DNA of 64,000 nt from a virus. Its lineage: Duplodnaviria; Caudoviricetes. Where the stretch lies: positions 3,716 to 67,715 of the IMG/VR virus record IMGVR_UViG_3300009873_001322; one strand, 5' to 3'. Position numbers and translations under genes: made by a program. Shown here in pieces: positions 29,766 to 39,042 of the stretch (its first letter is position 1; every line of letters starts with the position of its first letter). The notes beneath the pieces were generated by a model. It was not told where the DNA came from. It was given only the letters and a program-made list of their open reading frames with translations, and ran no database searches.

Positions 29766-30243
29766 TATTATATTATCTATTTTTTGTGTAATTGGCTATC
29801 GTCTACGCGGATCAGCTGGCGAGGGCGGCTGGGTTGAAAAGATACTCGGCTTCCCCGTAGGAACGATTATAGGGCGGCTTTTCTGGTGCATACCCTTTGC
29901 GCTGCTTATGACAACCACATGGTGGCATTTCTTCCCGCTGGTGGTTCTAGCCTATATCGGTGTGATGTTCGGTTATTGGGGCAAGTTTGATTTAGAAAAT
30001 CCAAATAATCGTAATTGGAAAAACTACGCGCTTCTCACACTGCGTGGGGCGTTTATTCCGCTGCTGGTGTGCGCGTTTATCCAAGACCATTACTGGGCGA
30101 TAGCTGGCGGGGCGTTATTCGTCCCATGCTATTTGCTCGGCGGGGTTATCAGCAAGCGTTTGAAATTACCCCTACTTTATGGTAATACGGAATGGGGTGA
30201 GGCGCTACTTGCTACGGCAATAATCACAGGGGTTATGCTATGA
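29758..30243 (+). CDS. Multi-pass membrane protein
   Basis: Several hydrophobic segments; upstream of lysis genes. Confidence 0.65.
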   Translation: MFDIILSIFCVIGYRLRGSAGEGGWVEKILGFPVGTIIGRLFWCIPFALLMTTTWWHFFPLVVLAYIGVMFGYWGKFDLENPNNRNWKNYALLTLRGAFIPLLVCAFIQDHYWAIAGGALFVPCYLLGGVISKRLKLPLLYGNTEWGEALLATAIITGVML

Positions 30244-30560
30244 ACAATCAACACAACAGACGTAAGGACGATGTTCTTATGGGTCGCATAGATGAGCGCC
30301 TTAAGGGACTTGACAGATCCTTTGTTGCCCATGAAGTAGAGGATCATGCGCGGTTTGAACTTGTATTTTCTCACATGAAGGAAAGCTTCGATAAGATGGA
30401 TAAACGGTTTGATACCGTTGACCATAGATTAGGAACACTTTGGGATTTAAAAAATTCTCAATCAGGTGCATTTAGTGCGGGTCGTTTAGTCGCAGGTGCG
30501 GTATGGGGTTTTATCGTTGTTGCCGCCAGTTGGTTCGTAAACAACAAGATAGATATATGA
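30240..30560 (+). CDS. Holin-like/XhlA-like membrane protein
   Basis: Coiled-coil N-terminus plus C-terminal TM segment; directly before the endolysin. Confidence 0.55.
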   Translation: MNNQHNRRKDDVLMGRIDERLKGLDRSFVAHEVEDHARFELVFSHMKESFDKMDKRFDTVDHRLGTLWDLKNSQSGAFSAGRLVAGAVWGFIVVAASWFVNNKIDI

Positions 30561-31024
30561 CACCGAATCAGAAAGCATTCCTTGACATGATCGCTATAAG
30601 CGAGATTGGCCAAGCATTGCTAGATGTTTCGGATAATGGTTATAATGTTATAGTGGGAAGCACTCCATCTCACCCCATTTTGTTTGATGATTACAGCACT
30701 CATCCGCGCAAGTTGATCGATCTTGGGCGTGGACTTAAATCAACCGCTGCTGGGCGGTATCAATTACTCGCTAGATATTACGAGCCCTATAGGCTCCAAC
30801 TTAACCTTCCTGATTTTTCTCCAGCCTCTCAAGATGCTATTGCATTACAACAAATAAAAGAGCGACGTGCTTTGCCAGAAATAGAGGCCGGGTTGTTTCG
30901 TATAGCTGTAGCTCATTGCTCAAATATATGGGCTAGTCTGCCTGGAGCCGGTTATGGACAGCATGAAAATAGCATGGAAAAACTTGAGGCAGCTTATGTT
31001 GCTGCTGGAGGAACTTTAGCATGA
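30557..31024 (+). CDS. Endolysin, lambda R-like lytic transglycosylase (GH104)
   Basis: KAFLDMIAISE, GYNVIVG, STAAGRYQLL, SQDAIALQQIKER, IWASLPGAGYGQHE motifs. Confidence 0.95.
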   Translation: MTPNQKAFLDMIAISEIGQALLDVSDNGYNVIVGSTPSHPILFDDYSTHPRKLIDLGRGLKSTAAGRYQLLARYYEPYRLQLNLPDFSPASQDAIALQQIKERRALPEIEAGLFRIAVAHCSNIWASLPGAGYGQHENSMEKLEAAYVAAGGTLA

Positions 31025-31407
31025 GCGAACAATGTCGATGGAGGGAATTTGTCGAAGATGGAGATGGGCGAGGTTCCGCCGCTCGTCTTAATATGGTTAT
31101 AGGTGTTATTATAGGCAGCATTACTATTATATGGCTAACAGCTGTTAATAATCTGGGGGGTGAAATATTTGCTTCTTACATGCTTGCTACAGGCGGAGTG
31201 TACGGATTTTCCAAATACCGTGAATCAGCGGTTGAAATGCAACAAATTAAATCGGATTCTCCGAATCAAGAACCAGCGCCTCCTCCGCAACCGCCAAACA
31301 CGGTTATTCAGGTTGGGCAGCCAGCATCGGAAGTTAAAGCTAAAGACGTGTCAGTAAAAGCAGAGGGGGATATTAATATATCCCCCAAATCAAAACGTAG
31401 GAGATAA
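31021..31407 (+). CDS. Two-TM membrane protein (holin candidate)
   Basis: GSAARL followed by two hydrophobic helices. Confidence 0.55.
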   Translation: MSEQCRWREFVEDGDGRGSAARLNMVIGVIIGSITIIWLTAVNNLGGEIFASYMLATGGVYGFSKYRESAVEMQQIKSDSPNQEPAPPPQPPNTVIQVGQPASEVKAKDVSVKAEGDINISPKSKRRR

Positions 31408-31408
31408 T

Positions 31409-31843
31409 ATGTGGCTTTTAGCAAACTGGAAGATGGTGGCTATAGGAACGGCAATTATAGCCGTTTTTGGTGCCGGGGTACATGTGCGTGGACTTTGGGA
31501 CGAATCTCGGTTAGAATCCAAGCTTAAAGCTCAGGAAGCAGCACTTAATGAAGATTGTGCCAAACAACAGAAATTAGCACAAGGAGTCAGCGATGCGTAC
31601 CAGAAAAAGCTTAATGCTACCACTGCTCGTTACAACGATGCTTTGCGCCAGTTGCGCTCCTCAAGTGGTAACTCGCTCCCAACCGGAGCCGCCAGCCGAC
31701 CTAATGCAACCACCAGCGGAGAGAGACTTTATTGGACAGATGAAAATGTTGCTAGGGCTGCCCTCGACTTAGCGGCTACGGCTGATAGGCAAACTCAACA
31801 ACTTCTTGCCTGCCAGGACTTCATAAGGAAAGAGCGCGAATAA
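31409..31843 (+). CDS. Inner-membrane spanin (Rz-like)
   Basis: N-terminal TM, coiled coil, QLLACQDFIR C-terminus. Confidence 0.8.
   Translation: MWLLANWKMVAIGTAIIAVFGAGVHVRGLWDESRLESKLKAQEAALNEDCAKQQKLAQGVSDAYQKKLNATTARYNDALRQLRSSSGNSLPTGAASRPNATTSGERLYWTDENVARAALDLAATADRQTQQLLACQDFIRKERE
31593..31772 (+). CDS. Outer-membrane spanin lipoprotein (Rz1-like), embedded in +1 frame
   Basis: Hand translation MRTRKSLMLPLLVTTMLCASC-APQVVTRSQPEPPADLMQPP; lipobox, Pro-rich; AAGGAG RBS 6 nt upstream. Confidence 0.8.
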   Translation: MRTRKSLMLPLLVTTMLCASCAPQVVTRSQPEPPADLMQPPAERDFIGQMKMLLGLPST

Positions 31844-31862
31844 CCCCTTAAAGGAGAAAACC

Positions 31863-32048
31863 ATGGGACTCATTGAATTTATCATTGTATTGGCTGTATT
31901 AGGAACCTGTTGGTACTTAGTCACCACCTATATTCCAATGCCTGCCGCCATTAAGACTGTTATTACAGTGGTCGCTGTCGTTGCGCTGTGTATCGTGCTT
32001 TTGCAGATGGTGGGTATAGGAACTGGCTTGGGGAATGTTCGGCTTTAG
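31863..32048 (+). CDS. Small two-TM membrane protein (Thivi_2564-like)
   Basis: WYLVTTYIPMPAAIKTVITVV pattern; AAGGAG RBS. Confidence 0.6.
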   Translation: MGLIEFIIVLAVLGTCWYLVTTYIPMPAAIKTVITVVAVVALCIVLLQMVGIGTGLGNVRL

Positions 32049-32549
32049 AATAGCACTAATACTCTTCGTAGCTCTATCCGCCTGCACCTGCCAGACTATA
32101 GGCTATGAGTGTAAGCACTTCTGGCAGAATGAATAGCTAGGGAGTCTTAGTCTGGTTAGCGCGCGCGCGAAGTGCGGCATTTATAGCATGTTTTTCGTTC
32201 AATAACTTGACTTCATTAACTAAATTCGTGCGCGCGGTTTCTGGATTCTGAGTTGATACCATTTTCCCCTCTTGCGGAATATGGTCTATATGCTTGTTAC
32301 GGCAAAGCTCAATCGCCTTTTTAATCCGCCATTTCCCATGCCAATCCTGCTCAGCAATGGGTTCAAGTGTTCCTGCTATTGTTTCCAGAATATTATCCAT
32401 GTTCCGAATCCTTGTTTGGTTTATCTAGCAGCCCCCAGGCCTGAGCGCAGGCTTTCGCAAAGTAATATGCGTCTATGGGTTTTACCTTGGGGTTGAGAAG
32501 CTGTATCGCATCTCTTCCGCGCTCTACCAACAATCTATTGTATCTCCGG

Positions 32550-32795
32550 TCATTCAGGCTTCTCCGTTATTGGCATCCAGTGAGTAGGGTTATCGTAACC
32601 ATCACGCCATGAGCCGTCCCAATAGCAGATTACCCAAGCAGCATCATCCCATTTTGCCACTACAGGGCGGTATTGATCTGGCGGCGGCTTATCTTCCATA
32701 TAGAAGTCTTCCGTGGTTTTTCCGCCACAAAGTAAAATCCACGATCCGTCATTAGGCGCTGTTTCTATCGGTTGCCAATCCAACAGCTTATTCAT
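32550..32795 (-). CDS. DUF551-like phage protein
   Basis: WQPIETAPNDG and PTHWMP motifs. Confidence 0.75.
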   Translation of the reverse strand: MNKLLDWQPIETAPNDGSWILLCGGKTTEDFYMEDKPPPDQYRPVVAKWDDAAWVICYWDGSWRDGYDNPTHWMPITEKPE

Positions 32796-32890
32796 ACAGC
32801 ATCTCCAACTGCAATATTGCCGTTATGGAAAACGGTAATGAGCCTATCGGGTAAAATAACTATCTGCCTAACCTACCTATAAATACTTGG

Positions 32891-33151
32891 TTACACACCG
32901 CTTGCTTTGATATTGTCCTGCATATCCAGTTCTGGCGTTTCAGCAGGGGTGCTCTTAATATGGCTTCCGCATGTGCGCCCATAATATTGTTCGCGTCTAT
33001 GGGTCGCCAGATTGAAGGCTGTAAGACATTGCTCAAGATAATTTGCCAACACAAAGTCCGGCGTATCGCTTGAATTTTCTTTGCTAAACTCATTGAGCAA
33101 GTGCGCTAGGCGTTCTTCAAAATTAGAATTTCTTCCTAAATTTTCGCTCAT
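32891..33151 (-). CDS. Conserved phage hypothetical protein
   Basis: ENSSDTPDFVLANYL motif; ATGA-coupled start. Confidence 0.6.
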   Translation of the reverse strand: MSENLGRNSNFEERLAHLLNEFSKENSSDTPDFVLANYLEQCLTAFNLATHRREQYYGRTCGSHIKSTPAETPELDMQDNIKASGV

Positions 33152-33312
33152 TTCTTCATCCAATCCATAAGGTGTTTGTTAAATTCTACCGCATCTTCAT
33201 AGATAAAATACTGTTTCGTAAACATTGTCGGGAACACCCAGCCTTCGGATTCACGCTTCCATCCCATGCGTTCTAAGTCTAAAAGCTCTTTGCTTGGTGT
33301 TTGCTCATTCAT
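33148..33312 (-). CDS. Hypothetical protein, 54 aa
   Basis: Hand-translated; stop coupled to the next gene. Confidence 0.45.
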   Translation of the reverse strand: MNEQTPSKELLDLERMGWKRESEGWVFPTMFTKQYFIYEDAVEFNKHLMDWMKK

Positions 33313-33493
33313 AAGATTACCCTAGGTTATTACGTTTACTCTGAATGGGCATAGAGGAAGAGGTGGCGGCAGTGACCTTATTCCGCTGTACTATCACGTG
33401 ATTCAAGCGGTCTTTGGTAACATCACCATCATGCTTGCAAGATACTCGTACGCGCACCGACTCCTCCTCTATACCCATCCGTCTTTTCAGTGT

Positions 33494-33688
33494 TTATAAG
33501 CGTCTAGTATATTCAGCAAGGATATCTTCTTTGCTTGCGTTTAGGACGATAGAAAGAAGGGCTACGGCAAGGCTTTTTTCTTCCGTGTTGGTTTCTCCTT
33601 CTGACTCTCCACGCATTCTGTAGTCGGATGCGGTGGCGATATAGTTGAAAATCAAATCGCTTTGCGCGTCAGTAAAATCGTTATTCAT
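33494..33688 (-). CDS. Hypothetical protein
   Basis: GAGGAT RBS following an intergenic repeat. Confidence 0.55.
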   Translation of the reverse strand: MNNDFTDAQSDLIFNYIATASDYRMRGESEGETNTEEKSLAVALLSIVLNASKEDILAEYTRRL

Positions 33689-33726
33689 ATCATCCTCTCG
33701 TACTCGGTTTCTATTCCGTCTTTTGG

Positions 33727-33873
33727 TTACTTTAACAAAGAGGCTATGCGGTCGAGAGATAATGCCAAATCTTTTGGGCTATCTTCGTCCGTTTCGACAA
33801 TGATTTTCATGATCTGCTTGAAAAGCTTTTTGTCTTTTTTCTGCACTTCTTCTGTCGTCAATATTCGTTTCAT
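33727..33873 (-). CDS. Hypothetical protein, 48 aa
   Basis: Hand translation MKRILTTEEVQKKDKK...; bounded by two repeat copies. Confidence 0.55.
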   Translation of the reverse strand: MKRILTTEEVQKKDKKLFKQIMKIIVETDEDSPKDLALSLDRIASLLK

Positions 33874-33911
33874 GCCGTTATCCCTCACTCGGTTTCTATT
33901 CCGTCTTTTGG

Positions 33912-34334
33912 TTACTGTTTTGCGATACCCCGTCCGGCCTCTAGTATCGGAAGCCCTGCCTCAGTCGGAACATAAATCACTTGATGCGGGACATCGGCAA
34001 CTTTGTCTATCCATAGATACCGGAGATATGCTTCATTATCTTTAAGAGAATTGGCGATAATATGATTCGCTTCCGCTACGCCTCTAGCTCGCTCTATCTC
34101 TGCATCAGCCAGTGACTTAGCCGCCTCCTTCTTGGCGTTTGCTTCCTGAATGGTGATTTGTCTGTTGTATTCAGCCCGCGATAACTCGGCCTTTCCTGAC
34201 AGGCTTTGTTGCCATACATTATATTGTGGGCATCCCCAAAGCCCCAGGCATAGCGCCAAGCTAGAAAATATCGCTACCCTACGGATGATAAAAAACACCT
34301 GCTCGCTGTCGCCCATATCATCGAATTTAGCCAT
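33912..34334 (-). CDS. Membrane-anchored SPFH/band-7-like coiled-coil protein
   Basis: TM followed by PQYNVWQQ, AEIERARGVAEAN, YLRYLWI, IYVPTEAGLPILEA motifs. Confidence 0.7.
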   Translation of the reverse strand: MAKFDDMGDSEQVFFIIRRVAIFSSLALCLGLWGCPQYNVWQQSLSGKAELSRAEYNRQITIQEANAKKEAAKSLADAEIERARGVAEANHIIANSLKDNEAYLRYLWIDKVADVPHQVIYVPTEAGLPILEAGRGIAKQ

Positions 34335-34374
34335 AACTTTTTATCCTCTCAAACTCGGTTTCTATTCCGTCTTT

Positions 34375-34503
34375 TCAGCTATCGGGGTTAGAAAGTTGTT
34401 CTAATTGATATGAGCAACCCAATTCCTTTTTAGCCCATTTATCGGCTAACAAGCACGTCTTGAATACCCCGTATTTCTTAGTCCCTGCTATCACTATCCA
34501 CAT
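34375..34503 (-). CDS. Hypothetical protein, 42 aa
   Basis: Hand-translated; AAGGAG RBS; bounded by repeat copies. Confidence 0.5.
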   Translation of the reverse strand: MWIVIAGTKKYGVFKTCLLADKWAKKELGCSYQLEQLSNPDS

Positions 34504-34540
34504 AATTTTCTCCTTTCAAACTCGGTGTCTTTGTAGTTGG

Positions 34541-34759
34541 TTAGCCTATATCTTCAAATTTCATCACTGTAGTTTTCTTGTCCGTAAACGCCTTGCGAAG
34601 CCCCATAGCCTTGAGCAGCTTCCGCCCCGGTTTTGCATCTCCGCGCCGTACTGCGGCAACGTAGCTGAAGGCCAAACCGTTCTGTTCAGCCCACGCTTTG
34701 ATACTGCCAGCGTTTTCTGTCAGTTCGTAGAGCCGTTGTCTTACTGCCATTATGTTCAT
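34541..34759 (-). CDS. Cro-like HTH transcriptional regulator
   Basis: SIKAWAEQNGLAFSYVAAVRRG...PG HTH pattern; own TTGACA-N16-TATTAT promoter. Confidence 0.7.
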   Translation of the reverse strand: MNIMAVRQRLYELTENAGSIKAWAEQNGLAFSYVAAVRRGDAKPGRKLLKAMGLRKAFTDKKTTVMKFEDIG

Positions 34760-34789
34760 ACCGCAATAATACGCAAATAAAAGTAAGTG

Positions 34790-35017
34790 TCAAGTGTCTT
34801 TTTTGTCATCGCTATACTCGCATCGTTTCGCGTATTTAAGCCCATCGCATTGCCAGCGATAATCTTTGCCATCACAACGAGCCACAACGTCAACCGAGCC
34901 GCCATGTTTGATGATGCTCATCATTTTATGAAAAGTATCCTTGGCTATACCGCTCATGCAGTCATCGGGAATAAACCACCCATTCGTCAGTTGGTCTACC
35001 ATGGGATTAATCTCCAT
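34790..35017 (-). CDS. Hypothetical protein
   Basis: ORF track; fits the minus-strand operon. Confidence 0.45.
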   Translation of the reverse strand: MEINPMVDQLTNGWFIPDDCMSGIAKDTFHKMMSIIKHGGSVDVVARCDGKDYRWQCDGLKYAKRCEYSDDKKDT

Positions 35018-35120
35018 CCGAGTAAGAGCAATTCCCAGATTGCCCTAGCTATGACACCCACCGACAAAACAAAAACGGGCCATATCAAAATTCGCCACCA
35101 AATGTTACCTATTAATTTCT

Positions 35121-35327
35121 TCATTTCGTTACATCACCTCCTGGTTGGGTTGCCTCTCTACGTCCGGCATCACGCCCCATTTCAATCATGTTGCAGCACC
35201 AGCCCAAGAGATCGTCTACAGATACGCTGGGGAATCGTGCGTGTATTTCCTTAGCCCACTCCATGCCGTTAGTACCGAGCCTGTTTAGGAAATCTGCCGA
35301 TGTTTCGTTATCGTTTGTTGCGTTCAT
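35121..35327 (-). CDS. Hypothetical protein
   Basis: ORF track; fits the operon. Confidence 0.5.
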   Translation of the reverse strand: MNATNDNETSADFLNRLGTNGMEWAKEIHARFPSVSVDDLLGWCCNMIEMGRDAGRREATQPGGDVTK

Positions 35328-35843
35328 TTTTCCTCCGTGTGATCGACGTTTGATTTAGATACCGCTTTCTCATAAGTTGTTATTGCCGCTCTGGCGCCTT
35401 GTACCGCGCACATTTTCTCTATATGTCTGCTTTCACAAAATGGATGTGCAAAATAGGCATTATGGAATGCTTCGGCAACTTCCCAAACTATATCTTCATT
35501 TTTGTTTTCGTTCATTACCATATCCATGAAATAAATGCGGCTCCCAAGCATATACAAATCGTTATAATAAAATGCTTACTTCCGTTTTTTATACGATATG
35601 CCGCATCATAAATAGCAGCGTTAAGTAACCAGAATTGTATCCAGGTCATTTTGATTCCCCGACTTTGGATAGGGTGTTCATACTTCCTTGCTCGCTCGTA
35701 ATAAGGCTTTGCTTATAACCTCGCCATGTTCGCGAATAAATTCGAGCAGACGACCTGGGGTAACTTCCCTGCGAAACATAATGTCAGCACCTATGCTTTC
35801 CAGTCGGTCTCTAGCAACTTCAAATTCGTTTGTTGACATACCC

Positions 35844-36332
35844 TTAATCCCTTACATAATCATTGGTGTTAAAAGAAATTTGTCCTTCAAATAATTGAAC
35901 GTTTGTATGGTCAACGATAACCACATGGTGCGGATGGCAGTTATCGTTAATCCATTTCATCAGCGGGCGGCACGACTTCGCAAGCTCTTCTTTATTGTAG
36001 CCAGCACCGTATTCGCATTTTTTCTCGGCCATAATTGGCTTGTTTTCGGCAAGCATACTTGCTGCCTCAAACATAAATAGCCAGTGCGATATGGCGCTGA
36101 CTAAGCAGCCGTGAAATTCGGATAGGTTTCCAACATACGCCGGATCGTCTCTAAGTCCTCTTGCGGGGTTATCGTATTCTTCCATGCAATTTGCGATGAT
36201 AGATAAGAGATTCAAAATTTTATAACTATCATTCTCTGCTACTATTGCCGGTAGAGAATCAGTACGTTTTGGTTCTGGGAGTGGAACGCTGCGTGGGGTA
36301 TAGGTCATTTCAAACATATTATGTCCTTTCAT
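35844..36332 (-). CDS. Hypothetical protein
   Basis: ORF track; fits the operon. Confidence 0.55.
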   Translation of the reverse strand: MKGHNMFEMTYTPRSVPLPEPKRTDSLPAIVAENDSYKILNLLSIIANCMEEYDNPARGLRDDPAYVGNLSEFHGCLVSAISHWLFMFEAASMLAENKPIMAEKKCEYGAGYNKEELAKSCRPLMKWINDNCHPHHVVIVDHTNVQLFEGQISFNTNDYVRD

Positions 36333-37473
36333 CTTCTATTTGATTGGTCGGCGCCACGACAATCGCTCCATGATCGGCAGTCCATGACGCAGGGATTTCC
36401 TCGACCAGCAATCCCTTGCCGCCATTTTTATGCGAGTAGCTTACGCGCCACGACTTAGTTTCCGGCAACGCGCTATATTGGGTTTCCCACTTATTCTTGT
36501 GATTGACGTAGCATTTCACAAAGCCTTCTTCAGCCAGCAACTTACAAGCAGCTTCGTTTAGTCTAGCGTCGTCGGCGACCTCATAAAACTCAATGCTGCC
36601 GTCATAGTCATCACAGCCAAATCGCTCATATTCAAAGGGGCAAATCTCGTAAAACTTATCTTCAAAGTCGCTCTCTTTTCTGTGATAGGAGTGATACGCC
36701 TCCGCAAGATCAACGGATTCCCGCATGATTGGCTTTTGGTCGGTGTCGGCTATTCTGCCGCCTGGGTCACACTCCGAACACCTAACACAGGATATAACTT
36801 CCCATATTGCAGCCCAAACATTAGAATAAGCGGCGGTGTCCCAACATTTTGGGTAGTGAATCTTTTCGCGAATTTTACCTAGCCAATCTTCCGGCTGTTG
36901 AGTAGCAGTACGGCTATCATCAGCGCTGTCCTTATAATGCTCTTTCGGTGCGCCTCCCATAAGAGACTGCGCCGTACCGACAGCCTCCACATTACTCATC
37001 ACCGGCATGATTGCATCTGCTTTCCCTGCTTCATACCCTTTGGAGAATATTTCTTCATGGATAGGGTTGCCAATTATAAGACCTTCGCGTAAATACCTTA
37101 CTGCTGCCTCTTCATCGCCAGCCTTAATCGGCTCCGTTGTGCGGAGATAGGGGAGTAAAGCATCCCTTATCTCCCTAGCGATCATCTCACGAGAAACCCC
37201 TGACTCTCCTGCCTGCATTTTTCGCCAGAGATAATCAGCAATTTGCTTTATATCGGCATCTGGCACGGCGGTGTGCTGGCGGATGATGTCTATGGCATCC
37301 TCAAGGTGAAGCATATAGTCGCTTTCGCCATGCCCGGTGGTTTTTAAGGTAGCCTTGGCCTTCAATCTATCAATCAGCGATAGCGTGTGTGCATCAGTCA
37401 TGTTTTCCTCCGCATTTAGGACAGGATTTCCACCATGTCCAAGCATTAATCTGTGGGTTATATTTATGTCCAC
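36319..37473 (-). CDS. Hypothetical mosaic phage protein
   Basis: Long ORF in the operon; start uncertain. Confidence 0.55.
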   Translation of the reverse strand: MDINITHRLMLGHGGNPVLNAEENMTDAHTLSLIDRLKAKATLKTTGHGESDYMLHLEDAIDIIRQHTAVPDADIKQIADYLWRKMQAGESGVSREMIAREIRDALLPYLRTTEPIKAGDEEAAVRYLREGLIIGNPIHEEIFSKGYEAGKADAIMPVMSNVEAVGTAQSLMGGAPKEHYKDSADDSRTATQQPEDWLGKIREKIHYPKCWDTAAYSNVWAAIWEVISCVRCSECDPGGRIADTDQKPIMRESVDLAEAYHSYHRKESDFEDKFYEICPFEYERFGCDDYDGSIEFYEVADDARLNEAACKLLAEEGFVKCYVNHKNKWETQYSALPETKSWRVSYSHKNGGKGLLVEEIPASWTADHGAIVVAPTNQIEDERT

Positions 37474-37521
37474 AGCAGCAACATTTTACCCATGCAATTA
37501 AATCTACGAGCGAGTTCGTGT

Positions 37522-37788
37522 TCATTGCGGTTCCTCCCACGCATCCAGCATCGCCTCGTAAGCTGCGCCGAACGATTCGTAGTAACCAGTAGAGCCACCA
37601 AGGTATTTACACTTCTCAGAGAACACTCGCCAAAACGCATCTGCCATCGCAGTAGTTGGCATCAATGCCTTGATCCCGTTATCCCATACCCCACGATGCG
37701 GAACGCGCTTCCATTCCGTCACGGTTACGCGATCTGAAAGACGCTTCTCTTGCGCCAGTCTCTCCTGTACTATCAGATCTTTGCTCAT
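37522..37788 (-). CDS. Hypothetical protein
   Basis: ATGA-coupled ORF. Confidence 0.55.
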   Translation of the reverse strand: MSKDLIVQERLAQEKRLSDRVTVTEWKRVPHRGVWDNGIKALMPTTAMADAFWRVFSEKCKYLGGSTGYYESFGAAYEAMLDAWEEPQ

Positions 37789-38213
37789 GCTGATTTCTCC
37801 CGCGCCCGTTCCGCATCGTAATTATATACGTCAAACACGCGCTTACTCTGCATCATGCCCCAGCCATCCGGCGACATAGCATGACGGCGGTTGATATGGT
37901 GGAAAGAGATAATGAATACGATATGGTTGCAATCGCCTAGCGTATAGCACCAGAAGCTAGTGTACCTATGCGGGTAATCAGCGGCGGTTTTGTACTCGTC
38001 GCTCTGGCGCTGGCTTTCCTTTGCCAAGCTGTCTGCGTATTCCTTTATGCGCTTGATGAAAGCATCAGTGAAATACGTTTCCGGCTCTTTGGAAAACTCA
38101 TCGGCCACGTAATCCCACATTTGGCTCTCCAGCTTTTCCTCAAAGCGTTTCTCGGTATCGCCAAATCCTAATATGATGTTCATGTACTCAACCCTTTGTC
38201 CGTTAACCTTCAC
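37785..38213 (-). CDS. Hypothetical protein
   Basis: Coupled to the methyltransferase stop. Confidence 0.5.
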   Translation of the reverse strand: MKVNGQRVEYMNIILGFGDTEKRFEEKLESQMWDYVADEFSKEPETYFTDAFIKRIKEYADSLAKESQRQSDEYKTAADYPHRYTSFWCYTLGDCNHIVFIISFHHINRRHAMSPDGWGMMQSKRVFDVYNYDAERAREKSA

Positions 38214-39042
38214 ATTGTTGCTTTGATAAATTCTGCTGCGACTTGCGGGACGATGGCATTGCCAAGGGCGCGCAAGCGTCCCACTCTGGCGGGAACCCCA
38301 TTAGCCACACGACCCACGTTGGGTTCAGTTGCCCAGAACCCAAATCCACAACTTGGCTCAGTGAAAGTTGTTTCCCTATCCTCCTGCGTCTCTGAACACT
38401 CGGATTGCTCAGATTCCCTCGATCCCGGTGATCCGAGGCTTGGGGTGTTGGAAATAATCTCGCTATCGCACTCAGGTCTGGATTGTTGCGCCTCAGCTCC
38501 GCCTGGCAACCGCCCCTCATGGTTGCTTTCGGAGTTGGCCAGAATTGCGGGTATTTCACCTGTACTGCCAAGTTGGGAAAACAGGTGCTGTTCCTGTCTC
38601 CCATCCTCTTTACGAAATTCTCCGGTGATTCTTCTATCATCACCGCCCGCGGCGAGTGCCACAAACCAAAGCCTATCTCTTTTATGCGGTGCGCCGACAG
38701 AACAAGCTGGCAATACCGCCGAAGCGCAGGCGTAGCCTTCCTTTTCCAAGTCATGGCATACGTCATCAAGCCAGCCCGCGGCAATTGCTGATGCAACCTG
38801 CTCTCCAAATATCGTTGTAGGTTTTGACTCTCCAATGAGCCTTGCCCAATGCGGCCAAAGGTGGCGCTCATCTGATTGTTTTTTACCGTTTCCTGCTGTT
38901 GAGAAGGGCTGGCAGGGGCAACTTCCTGTCCAAACAGGTCTAGTGTCATCCCATCCTGCGAGTCTAAGCGCGCGCGACCATCCACCGAGGCCGGCGAAGA
39001 AGTGGCATTGGTCGTATCCTCGGAGGTCGTCTGAACAGACAT
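38203..39042 (-). CDS. Nested alternative-frame methyltransferase beta polypeptide (M.EcoHK31I beta-like)
   Basis: 279 open codons in a second frame; WPTP/FPTP repeats and LNPTWVVWLMGFPPEW (motif IX-like); start possibly at MTLDLFGQ. Confidence 0.7.
   Translation of the reverse strand: MSVQTTSEDTTNATSSPASVDGRARLDSQDGMTLDLFGQEVAPASPSQQQETVKNNQMSATFGRIGQGSLESQNLQRYLESRLHQQLPRAGLMTYAMTWKRKATPALRRYCQLVLSAHRIKEIGFGLWHSPRAVMIEESPENFVKRMGDRNSTCFPNLAVQVKYPQFWPTPKATMRGGCQAELRRNNPDLSAIARLFPTPQASDHRDRGNLSNPSVQRRRRIGKQLSLSQVVDLGSGQLNPTWVVWLMGFPPEWDACAPLAMPSSRKSQQNLSKQQCEG

Larger units (their letters stand above)
33702..34543. repeat. Intergenic direct repeat ACTCGGTTTCTATTCCGTCTTTTGGTTAC: two identical 29-bp copies, one 23-bp copy, one degenerate copy
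   Basis: 33702-33730, 33887-33915, 34353-34375, 34520-34543. Confidence 0.9.

Noticed and set aside
32055-32150. Structured ncRNA between the convergent arms (CTGCCAGA/TCTGGCAG hairpin)
   Set aside because: Most simply a bidirectional terminator; no recognisable RNA family
33702-34543. CRISPR array or integron attC sites
   Set aside because: Intervals are whole genes of unequal length (~130-440 bp); the repeat is not palindromic; no cas or intI genes
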